Shown here piece by piece: positions 16,660-25,030 of a stretch of 64,000 bases of DNA. The position numbers were made by a program, and so were the translations under genes. The stretch covers positions 672,001 to 736,000 of the forward strand of contig CAXXVD010000002.1 of the NCBI GenBank assembly GCA_963662335.2, given 5' to 3'. The notes beneath the pieces are model-generated. The model had not been told where the DNA came from. It searched no databases and saw nothing but the letters and a program-made list of their open reading frames with translations. Each line of letters starts with the position of its first letter. Within the stretch, counting starts at the first letter, position 1. Origin of the DNA: Chloroflexota bacterium (GTDB taxonomy: Bacteria; Chloroflexota; UBA11872; VXOZ01).

Positions 16660-17400
16660 GTGAATGCACGCAGAGTCTTGCGCCTGTCACGCCGCGTGCT
16701 CTGGCAAAAGGCGCTCATAGTCCCGCTGACGGCCGTGCTTGCGGCCTGCGGCGCGCTGGGACGGCAAACGGATAGCGAACGAGCGGCCGCGGCGCAAGGC
16801 ACGGAAGCGGCCCGGGCCACGGCCGCGCCGCCGGCTCGGAGTGAAGCGGAGCGGCCCGCAGAACAGGCGCAGGCCGCGCCCCAGGCGGCAAGTTCGACTG
16901 ATTTGCCGGCCACGCCGGCGTGCGACGACGGCGACGACCCCACACCGCCCCAGACCGCCGGCCCGTTCTACACGCCCAACACGCCGCTGCGCGCGTCATT
17001 GCTGGAACCCGGCCTGGCCGGCACGCGGCTGCTGCTCACCGGCCACGTGGTTTCCACGGCATGCGCGCCAATCGCGGGCGCATTGCTCGACTTCTGGCAC
17101 ACGGACAACGCCGGCGACTATGACAACGAGGGCTATACGTTTCGCGGCCACCAGTTCGCCGACGGCGCGGGGCGCTTCACACTGGAGACGATCGTGCCGG
17201 GCATCTATCCCGGCCGCACGCGCCACATCCACGTGCGGGTGCAAGCGCCAAACCAACCAATTCTCATTACCCAACTCTACTTCCCCGGCGAATCGGGCAA
17301 CCAGGGCGACGACATCTTCAATCCCGCGCTGCTGGTAACGCTGGCGGATGCGGCGAACGGCAAAGAGGCCCAGTTCACCTTCGTGCTGGATGTGCCGTGA
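16660..17400 (+). CDS. Intradiol ring-cleavage dioxygenase family lipoprotein
   Basis: Lipobox LAAC, TAGPFY, DFWHTDNAGDYD and YPGRTRHIHVRV. Confidence 0.85.
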   Translation: MNARRVLRLSRRVLWQKALIVPLTAVLAACGALGRQTDSERAAAAQGTEAARATAAPPARSEAERPAEQAQAAPQAASSTDLPATPACDDGDDPTPPQTAGPFYTPNTPLRASLLEPGLAGTRLLLTGHVVSTACAPIAGALLDFWHTDNAGDYDNEGYTFRGHQFADGAGRFTLETIVPGIYPGRTRHIHVRVQAPNQPILITQLYFPGESGNQGDDIFNPALLVTLADAANGKEAQFTFVLDVP

Positions 17401-17585
17401 ACGCGGCAGTCTTGCTCCGCCGCCCACGCGCGCCGCGCATTCCAGGAGCGTGCTTGCGGCGCCAATGTGTCCGCCCCCCCCCCCCCCGTGTGCCGGTCAC
17501 GCCAATTGCGGTGCTATACTGTAGAGAGAGGCGCATCGAGTTCATTCAGCCACGCAGCGTAGTCTTGGCGCGGAGGAGTCTTCGG

Positions 17586-18182
17586 ATGTTGGGTCGAGTC
17601 GTCGCAGTCCTTGCCGTTTTCGCAGCGGTCATCGCGCTGACCGCGTGCAGCGCCGCAGCGACCCAGACGCAAACGCAGCCCGCGGCGCCGTCGCTGCCGG
17701 GCCTGGATGCCATCTCCCGGGAGGCGGAGCCGGGCCTCTACACCAAGGCGTTCGTGGCAGAGGCAATTCGACGCTACGACACCGAGGGGCGGGACGCCGC
17801 CATTGCCTTCTACAACACGCCGGAGAGCATGGACGGCGAGTGGTACCTCTTCATCATCGGCGAGGACGCCGAGGTGCTGGCGCACACCGCTATTCCGGAT
17901 AACGTGGGCCTGTTCGTCAGGGATCCCCTGGGCATCGACGCCAACGGCTATGACTTCGGCGCCGCGATGCTCGCCGCCACCGAGCAAGGAATCTGGGTGC
18001 GGTACGTCTATGAGAACCCGGCGAGGGGCGGCTTCCTGGAAACCAAGCACGCCTGGGTGGTCAAGCACGACGGCCTTATCTTCGGCTCCGGCTGGTACCA
18101 GGTGGAACGCTACGACGCCCCGCCGTTGCAGAGACCGCAGGAAGAGAGCGATAGGGTGATAGCAGAGCAGTTGCATCGCTGA
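17586..18182 (+). CDS. Stand-alone Cache-domain lipoprotein
   Basis: Lipobox LTAC. WYLFIIG, GIWVRYVYENP, KHAWVVKHDGLIFGSGWY match single Cache domains. Confidence 0.7.
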   Translation: MLGRVVAVLAVFAAVIALTACSAAATQTQTQPAAPSLPGLDAISREAEPGLYTKAFVAEAIRRYDTEGRDAAIAFYNTPESMDGEWYLFIIGEDAEVLAHTAIPDNVGLFVRDPLGIDANGYDFGAAMLAATEQGIWVRYVYENPARGGFLETKHAWVVKHDGLIFGSGWYQVERYDAPPLQRPQEESDRVIAEQLHR

Positions 18183-18261
18183 GGACGCACTTCCGCCCGC
18201 GGGCGCTTGGCCAATGGGCGCGCTGGCATCGCATTGAGACCCCCGCTGGAGTTACGGCTCG

Positions 18262-19800
18262 ATGAGCATGAATTCGGAGTCTACAGTGGCCTTTGCGCCG
18301 TTTCGCGACCAGCTTGAAGCGGCGTTTGCGCAGTTTGCAGCGCGGGCGGCGCTGACGTATCGGGGTGAGACGTGGACGTATGCGGAGGTGGACGCGCGCA
18401 CGCGGGCGGCGGCGGCGCACTTGCGGGCGCGGGGCTTGCGGGCCGGGGAGCGGGTGATCCTCTATACGGCGGACAAGCGGGCGCTGCTGCTGGCGCATCT
18501 GGGGGCGATACGGGCCGGCGGGGTCTCGCTGCCGCTCAACTTCAAGTTCACGCCCAGCGAGATGCGGTACTACGCCCAGGACAGCGGCGCGGCGCTGGCG
18601 GTTGGGGGCGACGCCGAACTGCCGATCTTGCAGGCGCTGGTTGACAACGAAGAAACGCCGTTGCGGGGTGTGCTGCGCGCCGACGAATTTCTCGCGCTGG
18701 AACCGCAGCCTACCGCCCCGCTGCCGGACTCTAGCGCGGACGATTGGGCGCTGCTGCTCTACTCCTCCGGCACCACCGGCCAGCCCAAGGGCGTGGTGCA
18801 CACCCATGCCAATCTGGGCGCGGCGGTGCGGTCGCTGGCCGATTGCTGGGCGTTCACGCCGGACGACGCGCTGGTGAACGTGCTGCCATTCTTCCACATC
18901 CACGGGCTTTCGTTCGCCAGCCACGTGAACTTCCTCACCGGCGCGCACATGCTCATGGCCGACCAGTTCCACCCGGTGCGCACCCTGGACCTCATCGACC
19001 GGGCCACGGTCTTCATGGCCATTCCGCCCATGTACTACCAGTTCTTGGGGCGGCCGGAGTTTCGGGAGCGCGCCAAAGGGTGGTCGCACGTGCGGCTCTT
19101 CACGTGCGGTTCCGCGCCCATTCGTCCCGAAGTCCTACCAGAGTTGGAAGGAATTCTAAAGAGTCCGCTGATCAACAGGTACGGCATGACCGAGAGCCAC
19201 GTGATTGCCAGCCTGCCTATCGACCGGCCCAGCGTGCAAGGCTCAGTGGGGCTGCCGCTGGACGGCATCGAGATGACCATGGTGGAGGACGGCTCTACTA
19301 CCAAGGAAGGCCGCGCCGTGGGCGAGGTGCACGTGAAAGGCCCGGTGATCTTCTCCCACTACCTCAACCGGCCGGAGGCGACGGCAGAGGCCTTTGCCCA
19401 CCAGGGCTACTTTGCCACCGGCGATCTGGGTTTCTTGGATGACCAGGGGTACTTGACGCTGATTGGGAGAAAAGTTGACCTCATCATCACCAAGGGCTTC
19501 AACGTCTACCCGCCCATGGTGGAGCGCGTGCTGAACGATTGCCCCGGCGTGAAGGAATCCGCCGTGTTCGGCCTGCCCGACGACCTGCGCGGCGAGAAGG
19601 TGGTAGCCGTGGTAGTGCAAGACCCCGACGCCAGTGTTGCGGCCACGCCCCGCAACATCCGCGACTTCTGCCGCGAACGCAGCGTGGACTACCAGGTGCC
19701 GAGCGACGTGCACTTCGTGGACGAACTACCGCGCAATACGATGGGCAAGGTGCTGAAACGCGAACTGCGGGACGGCCTGCTGGCTGATGCCGGGGCGTAA
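18262..19800 (+). CDS. AMP-binding acyl-CoA synthetase (MatB-like)
   Basis: YSSGTTGQPKG, RYGMTE, FATGDLG and PRNTMGKV. Confidence 0.9.
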   Translation: MSMNSESTVAFAPFRDQLEAAFAQFAARAALTYRGETWTYAEVDARTRAAAAHLRARGLRAGERVILYTADKRALLLAHLGAIRAGGVSLPLNFKFTPSEMRYYAQDSGAALAVGGDAELPILQALVDNEETPLRGVLRADEFLALEPQPTAPLPDSSADDWALLLYSSGTTGQPKGVVHTHANLGAAVRSLADCWAFTPDDALVNVLPFFHIHGLSFASHVNFLTGAHMLMADQFHPVRTLDLIDRATVFMAIPPMYYQFLGRPEFRERAKGWSHVRLFTCGSAPIRPEVLPELEGILKSPLINRYGMTESHVIASLPIDRPSVQGSVGLPLDGIEMTMVEDGSTTKEGRAVGEVHVKGPVIFSHYLNRPEATAEAFAHQGYFATGDLGFLDDQGYLTLIGRKVDLIITKGFNVYPPMVERVLNDCPGVKESAVFGLPDDLRGEKVVAVVVQDPDASVAATPRNIRDFCRERSVDYQVPSDVHFVDELPRNTMGKVLKRELRDGLLADAGA

Positions 19801-19830
19801 CAAGAGTGAACGGCTAGCGGTTGCGCCGAT

Positions 19831-20145
19831 GTAGCGCGGGGGCTTGTCCCCCGCCTCTTTTTTCGGACACCGGACGCAGTTGCAGAACCACCCGACCTCT
19901 ACCCATTGCCGCCTATGCAGGCTACACTAGAAAGGCGGGCTTTCCGCCGGCACTGGGGCACGCGCCGCACGGAGGATGGATTCCGGCTTTCGCCGGAATG
20001 ACGATAGCCTTGCCCGGGCCACTCGAAGTAACAAGATTGGTGGGCGCTATTTCCGTCACTCCCGCGAACGCGGGAGTCCAGTGGCGTGGCGAAGATGGAT
20101 TCCCGCGTGCGCGGGAATGACGGGCCAAGAAGCGGGAATGACGGA
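19831..20145. repeat. REP cluster (GTAG REP plus dRS3-like GTCATTCCC-N-GGGAAT hairpins)
   Basis: GTAG REP at 19831. tggattccggctttcgccggaatgacg, gtcactcccgcgaacgcgggagtcca and tggattcccgcgtgcgcgggaatgacg. Confidence 0.8.
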
Positions 20146-20187
20146 GCAAGAGGCGGAGATGACGAATTATAGAGATCGACAAGACCC

Positions 20188-22563
20188 ATGAATCCCAAGA
20201 CCCTCGAACTGCTCGAATTTCCCAAGATCCGCGCGCTCCTCGTCGAGCACGCGCATTTCTCTGCCAGCAAGGCGTTGGCGGAGGAACTCATGCCGGCCAC
20301 GGAACCGGAGGCGGTGGAGGCGCTGCTGGAGGAGACCGCCGAGGCGCGGGAGTTGCTGCGGTTGCATCCGAACTTCACCATTGGCCCGGCGCATGACGTG
20401 CGCGGGTTGGTGGACTATGCCGCGCGCGGCGGCGTGCTGGACGCGGCCGGATTGCTGGCGGTGGCGGACACCGTGCGCAGCGGGCGCATGACGCGGGAGA
20501 TGCTGGTGCGGCGGGCCGAGGCGTTCCCGCGGCTCAGCCGCCTGGCGCGGGAGATCATGCGCTGCGATCCCTTGCAGGGGGCGATCGAGCAGGCGATTGG
20601 GCCCGACGGCGACGTGCTGGATAGCGCCAGTCCGCTGCTGCGCTCGCTGCGCCTAGAGGTGCGCGCGGTGCACAACCAACTGCTGGACCGCATGCAGGTC
20701 CTGGTGCGCCTGCCGGAGTACCTCACCTACCTGCAAGACCCGATCGTCACGCTGCGGGCGGAGCGTTACGTGCTGCCGGTGAAGTCCGAGTTTCGCGGGC
20801 GCGTCAAGGGCATCGTGCACGATGAGTCGGCCAGCGGCGCGACCGTGTTCGTGGAGCCGCTGGACGTGGTGGAGATCAACAACCGCTGGCGCAGCGCCCA
20901 ACGCGAGGAGCAGCGGGAGGTTGACCGCATCCTGCGGGCGCTCTCGTCCGAGGTGGGCGTCTACCAGCAGGAACTCAGCGACAACGTGGGCACGCTGGCC
21001 GAGATTGACATAATCCTGGCCAAGGCGCGCTACGCGGATACCATCAAGGCCGAGCAGCCGGACGTCGTTGCCGGCTACCGCTTCTCGTTCCGGCAGGCCA
21101 AGCATCCGCTGCTCACGGGCAAGGTCGTGCCCATCGACGTCTACCTGGGGCACGACCCGCAGCGGGAGCGGTCACGGCCCTTCTACGTGCTCGTCATCAC
21201 CGGCCCGAACACCGGCGGCAAGACCGTGGCGCTCAAGACCGTCGGCTTGCTCACGCTCATGGGCCAGTGCGGGCTGCACCTGCCGGCGGCGCTCGGCTCG
21301 CGCTTGGCGGTGTTTAGCCAGGTGCACGCCGACATTGGCGACGAACAGAGCATCGAGCAGAGTCTCTCCACCTTTTCGTCCCACCTTTCCAAGATCATTC
21401 CAATTTTGGATGAAGCCGACGAGCGCTCGCTGGTGCTCTTCGACGAACTTGGCGCGGGCACGGATCCCCAGGAAGGCTCGGCGCTGGCGCAGGCCATTTT
21501 GCTCTACCTGCGCGATAAGCGCGTGCCGACGGTGGCGACGAGCCACTTCTCGGCGGTGAAGGCGCTGGCGCACGTGGAGGATGCGATGCAGAACGCCAGC
21601 GTGGAGTTCGACGTGGAACGGCTCGCGCCGACGTACGTGCTGTCAATCGGCACGCCGGGCACCAGCCACGCGCTGCAAATTGCCGGGCGTCTCGGCCTGA
21701 ACCCGGCGATCGCGGCCCAGGCGGAGGCGCGGTTTAGTCCCACCGAGCAGGCGGTGGACGCGCTGATGGTAGCCCTGCGCGACGAGACGGAGCAACTGAA
21801 GGCGGAGCGCGAACACCTGGCAAACGACCGCGCCGCGGTGGAAGCTGAGCGCGACGCGCTGGCGGCGCGGGTGCGCGCGATGGAGGAGGCGGTAGCGGCG
21901 CAGAAGACGGCGGCGTGGGACGCGGCCACTGATGAAGCGGCGGAACTGCTGGAGGAAATCCAGGCGCTGGCGCGCCAGGCAAAGGTGTTTGCCGCGCCGA
22001 CGAACCCGGACCGTAAGTTGCTGGAGCGCGCGGCGGGACAAGCCCGTGAACGGCAGCGTGAGATGCGCGCCCGCGCGCGCGAGACGCGCCAACTGCCGGA
22101 GCCCGCGTCGCTTGCCGTGGGCGACGCGGTGCGCGTGCGCGGCTGGGAACTGCCGGGGGAGGTGCTGGCGGCGCCGGACGCACGCGGCCTGGTGGCGGTG
22201 CAGGTCGGCCAGATAAAGACCCGCGTGCCGCTGGCCGAGACTACGCTGCTGGAGGCGCGGGAGCGCGCGGCCGCGCCGGACCGGGGGCGGGGAGACGTGG
22301 CGCCGGCCCCGCCGGTGGCGCCGATTGAAATAGATATTCGCGGCAACCGCGCCGAGGAGAGCCGGGACACGGTGGACCGCTACCTGGACCAGGCGCTCCA
22401 CGGCGGCCTGAAGAGCGTGCGCATCATCCACGGCAAGGGCACCGGCGCGCTGCGCGCCGCCGTGCACGAGATGCTGCGGGAACATCCGCTGGTACGCCGC
22501 TTCCGCACCGCCCCGGCGCGGGAGGGCGGCGACGGGGCTACCGTGGTGGAGCTTGCGCAGTAA
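20188..22563 (+). CDS. mutS2: Endonuclease MutS2
   Basis: LELLEFPKI, ITGPNTGGKT, DIGDEQSIEQSLSTFS, DELGAGTDP and C-terminal Smr domain IIHGKGTG. Confidence 0.95.
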   Translation: MNPKTLELLEFPKIRALLVEHAHFSASKALAEELMPATEPEAVEALLEETAEARELLRLHPNFTIGPAHDVRGLVDYAARGGVLDAAGLLAVADTVRSGRMTREMLVRRAEAFPRLSRLAREIMRCDPLQGAIEQAIGPDGDVLDSASPLLRSLRLEVRAVHNQLLDRMQVLVRLPEYLTYLQDPIVTLRAERYVLPVKSEFRGRVKGIVHDESASGATVFVEPLDVVEINNRWRSAQREEQREVDRILRALSSEVGVYQQELSDNVGTLAEIDIILAKARYADTIKAEQPDVVAGYRFSFRQAKHPLLTGKVVPIDVYLGHDPQRERSRPFYVLVITGPNTGGKTVALKTVGLLTLMGQCGLHLPAALGSRLAVFSQVHADIGDEQSIEQSLSTFSSHLSKIIPILDEADERSLVLFDELGAGTDPQEGSALAQAILLYLRDKRVPTVATSHFSAVKALAHVEDAMQNASVEFDVERLAPTYVLSIGTPGTSHALQIAGRLGLNPAIAAQAEARFSPTEQAVDALMVALRDETEQLKAEREHLANDRAAVEAERDALAARVRAMEEAVAAQKTAAWDAATDEAAELLEEIQALARQAKVFAAPTNPDRKLLERAAGQARERQREMRARARETRQLPEPASLAVGDAVRVRGWELPGEVLAAPDARGLVAVQVGQIKTRVPLAETTLLEARERAAAPDRGRGDVAPAPPVAPIEIDIRGNRAEESRDTVDRYLDQALHGGLKSVRIIHGKGTGALRAAVHEMLREHPLVRRFRTAPAREGGDGATVVELAQ

Positions 22564-22624
22564 TCACCGACGACCTGCACAGCAAGGATAGCGCCCCGCT
22601 CTAACTGTCATCGCCATGAAAACA

Positions 22625-22858
22625 GCGAGACTGAGCCGTTCGCCCTGAGCTTGTCGAAGGGTGAACGGCGGCTTGAGCGATTAGCAACTCCGCACGCACA
22701 TCTCTCCGTTCATACTTCGACAAGCTCAGCACGAACGGAGAGATGTGCGTGCACTTTTTATTTCCTTGGTGGCCGTCGCACGGCCATCGTCATGCCCGCG
22801 AAAGCGGGAATCCATCTTCGTGGGGCGAGACGTGGATTCCCGCTTTCGCGGGCATGAC
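22625..22858. repeat. ccgttcgccctgagc...gaacgg element plus inverted dRS3-like pair
   Basis: The ~125-bp element recurs nearly identically at 59594-59738. Followed by gtcatgcccgcgaaagcgggaatcca...tggattcccgctttcgcgggcatgac. Confidence 0.8.
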
Positions 22859-22992
22859 GAAGCGTGCGCCGCCGTTTTGCTGGCAACTGCCCCCCCCCCG
22901 ATTAAAGAAACACCGCCGCGGTCAAAAGAGCGCGGCGGTTGAAACAGGCATGAAGACGAAGAAGATTATCGAGTCTGGGGCTATTTCTGGGG

Positions 22993-23196
22993 TTATTGGA
23001 CGAAGATCTCGAAGTTCACGTCCTCTTCACGGCTGAGGAAGCGTTGCGCCACGCGGCGAACCAGGGAGATGCTATCGTGGCCCAGCAGCGCGCCGAGCAC
23101 CGAACCGAGCACCAGGCCGCAGAGCGCGCCCAGGGCGATACCCCACACGAAGTGGCCGTCTTCCGCCGCGAGTTTCGTAGGTAGCATAGCATTCAT
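22993..23196 (-). CDS. Small hypothetical membrane protein
   Basis: 67 aa with one Gly-rich TM. GAAGGG RBS. Confidence 0.55.
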   Translation of the reverse strand: MNAMLPTKLAAEDGHFVWGIALGALCGLVLGSVLGALLGHDSISLVRRVAQRFLSREEDVNFEIFVQ

Positions 23197-23271
23197 CCCT
23201 TCGTCCCAGTCGCGATCCAGCCGCAGCGGGCGGGCCGGTCGCTCTGCGCGCGTCGGGCGCGGCAGTGCGGC

Positions 23272-23616
23272 TCACTGCACCCGCAGGATGGTCGTTGCCT
23301 GCGACCAGAGGCGCTCCAGGTGATAGTACTCGCGCATGTCGCTGGAGAAGACGTGCACCATCACGTCGCCATAGTCGAGCACAACCCAGCCGCCCTCGCC
23401 TTTGCCTTCGCTGCGCAGGGGCGTTTCGTCCCGCTCGCCCAGCGCGGCTTCGATATATTCCACAATCGCCCGCAACTGCGGCGTGGACTCCGCCGAACAC
23501 AGCACGAAGAAGTCGGCCACCACGGTCTGACGCCGGATATCAAGCAGAGCGATATCCGCGCCGCCGTGTTCGGCCATCACGTCAACTGCGAGTTTCGCCT
23601 TCTCTAAGCCGTCCAT
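23272..23616 (-). CDS. rsfS: Ribosome silencing factor
   Basis: ADFFVLCS, WVVLDYGDVMVHVF and REYYHLERLW. Lies downstream of nadD. Confidence 0.92.
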   Translation of the reverse strand: MDGLEKAKLAVDVMAEHGGADIALLDIRRQTVVADFFVLCSAESTPQLRAIVEYIEAALGERDETPLRSEGKGEGGWVVLDYGDVMVHVFSSDMREYYHLERLWSQATTILRVQ

Positions 23617-23699
23617 CGGCACCATTATAGCACAAACCGGCCGGGTCTCGACAACGGGCGCGGGCATTTCCCATTCCCGCGTGCGAGAGCGATAGCATT

Positions 23700-23852
23700 C
23701 CCTCTCCAGAAGGGGAGAGGATTAGGGTGAGGGGGAGCCCTCAATGTTGTCGCATTAGCGTAGCGCGGGGGCTTGTCCCCCGCCGGAGCCGTTGAAACTG
23801 ACAGGTAAAGGATTGACCAAAACAGCTTCGCAGGTTGCAAACCTGCGCTACC
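23700..23852. repeat. REP doublet, second copy of the 5871-5961 element
   Basis: GTAGCGCGGGGGCTTGTCCCCCGCCGGAGCC.TTGAAACTGAC...GCAGGTTGCAAACCTGCGCTAC. Confidence 0.8.
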
Positions 23853-23889
23853 GGAAGTGGGGAGGCCGCAAGGCGCGGCGGCCGGGGGC

Positions 23890-24486
23890 TCAGCGGCGGT
23901 AGAGCGCATGGGTGTGGATGTAGTCAACTACCGGCGGCGGCGTGAGGTCGCGGAGCGATTGGCCGGCGGCGGCGCGGCGGCGAATTTCGCTGGCGGAGAT
24001 GTTCACCGCGGGAATCTCCTGCACGGTGATGCGCGCCCGCGCCGCCGGGGACAGGCTTTGCAGGGCGTCGGCGCTTGCGCCCCCCGCGCCCGGGCGGGTC
24101 AGAGCCACGAGCGGGACCGCCGCCAGGAGTTGTTCCGGCGCGCGCCAGCGGGGCAAGTCGGCAAGTTGGTCGGCGCCGATGAGGAAGACCAGCGCGTCAT
24201 TGGGAAAGGCGCGCCGGAGCGCCGCCACCGTATCCAGCGCGTAGCTGGGCGGCGGGCGCGCTACGTCCACGGTGGAGAGCGCAAAAGCCGGATTGCCGGC
24301 GATTGCCAGGCGCGCCATCTCCAGCCGCTGCCCGGTGGTTGCCGCCGCGGCGGGCTTGAGGGGTGAACGGTTGGCCGGCACGAAGAGCACCCGGTCCAGG
24401 CGCTGCCCGGCCCGCGCCTGCGCGGCCGCGCGCAAGTGCCCGTAGTGGATGGGATCGAACGTGCCGCCCAGGATGCCTATGCGCAT
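23890..24486 (-). CDS. nadD: Nicotinate-nucleotide adenylyltransferase
   Basis: GILGGTFDPIHYGHL, FLIGAD and ISASEIR. Confidence 0.95.
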   Translation of the reverse strand: MRIGILGGTFDPIHYGHLRAAAQARAGQRLDRVLFVPANRSPLKPAAAATTGQRLEMARLAIAGNPAFALSTVDVARPPPSYALDTVAALRRAFPNDALVFLIGADQLADLPRWRAPEQLLAAVPLVALTRPGAGGASADALQSLSPAARARITVQEIPAVNISASEIRRRAAAGQSLRDLTPPPVVDYIHTHALYRR

Positions 24487-24546
24487 TGACGGTGTGCCGC
24501 TTCAGCCGCGCGGGCGACCACTTTCCCTCAGCCCGGCCCTCTCCCC

Positions 24547-24711
24547 AGTTGACAGGGGTATGTATACAATAGCCGGCTAAGCGTGTCATTCCGAACGGAG
24601 CGTAGCGGAGAGAGGAATCTAGAGCGCAGCCTTACAAAACCGGCATCTTTAGATTCCGCGAACAGGGTTCGACGCTGCGCTCGGAATGACATCTACATGC
24701 CCCTGTCAGCC
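24547..24711. mobile_element. MITE-like element with terminal inverted repeats and 7-bp target duplication
   Basis: Ends AGTTGACAGGGGTATGTA...TACATGCCCCTGTCAGCC. Flanked by TCTCCCC at 24540-24546 and 24712-24718. Inverted homologue at 63342-63521. Confidence 0.65.
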
Positions 24712-24759
24712 TCTCCCCGGGGAGAGGAAGTCAACTCGCTTCGACCAGAGTCCGGTGAG

Positions 24760-25013
24760 CGGCCGCAGAGCGGGGGACAAGCCCCCGCTCTCGCTTCAAT
24801 CAAAGCCGTGTGAGCTGGCCGCAGAGCGGGGGACAAGCCCCCGCGCTACGTTAATGCGACAGCATTGGGGACAAGCCCCCGCTCTCGCTTCAATCAAAGC
24901 CGTGCGAACTGGCCGCAGAGCGGGGGACAAGCCCCCGCGCTACGATTGAGATGCCCCCTTGCCCACGAGATTCCTCGCTGCCCACGAGATTCCTCGCTGC
25001 GCTCGGAATGACA
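24760..25013. repeat. Cluster of four GTAG-family REP units and gtcattccgagcg-type half elements
   Basis: Repeated ggccgcagagcgggggacaagcccccgc and ctcgcttcaatcaaagccgtg linkers. Confidence 0.8.
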
Positions 25014-25030
25014 GAAGATGCCGATACTGC

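Noticed and set aside
19800-20190. Short ORFs containing WIPAFAGMT / VIPAKAGI (also near 22743, 29125, 59742)
   Set aside because: They are translations of intergenic palindromic repeats, not genes.
22890-22899. C10 tract as a phase-variation site
   Set aside because: It lies between convergent gene ends, with no plausible regulatory target.
24760-24945. Possible CRISPR array
   Set aside because: Spacing is irregular, linkers are repeated, and it is the same REP family.
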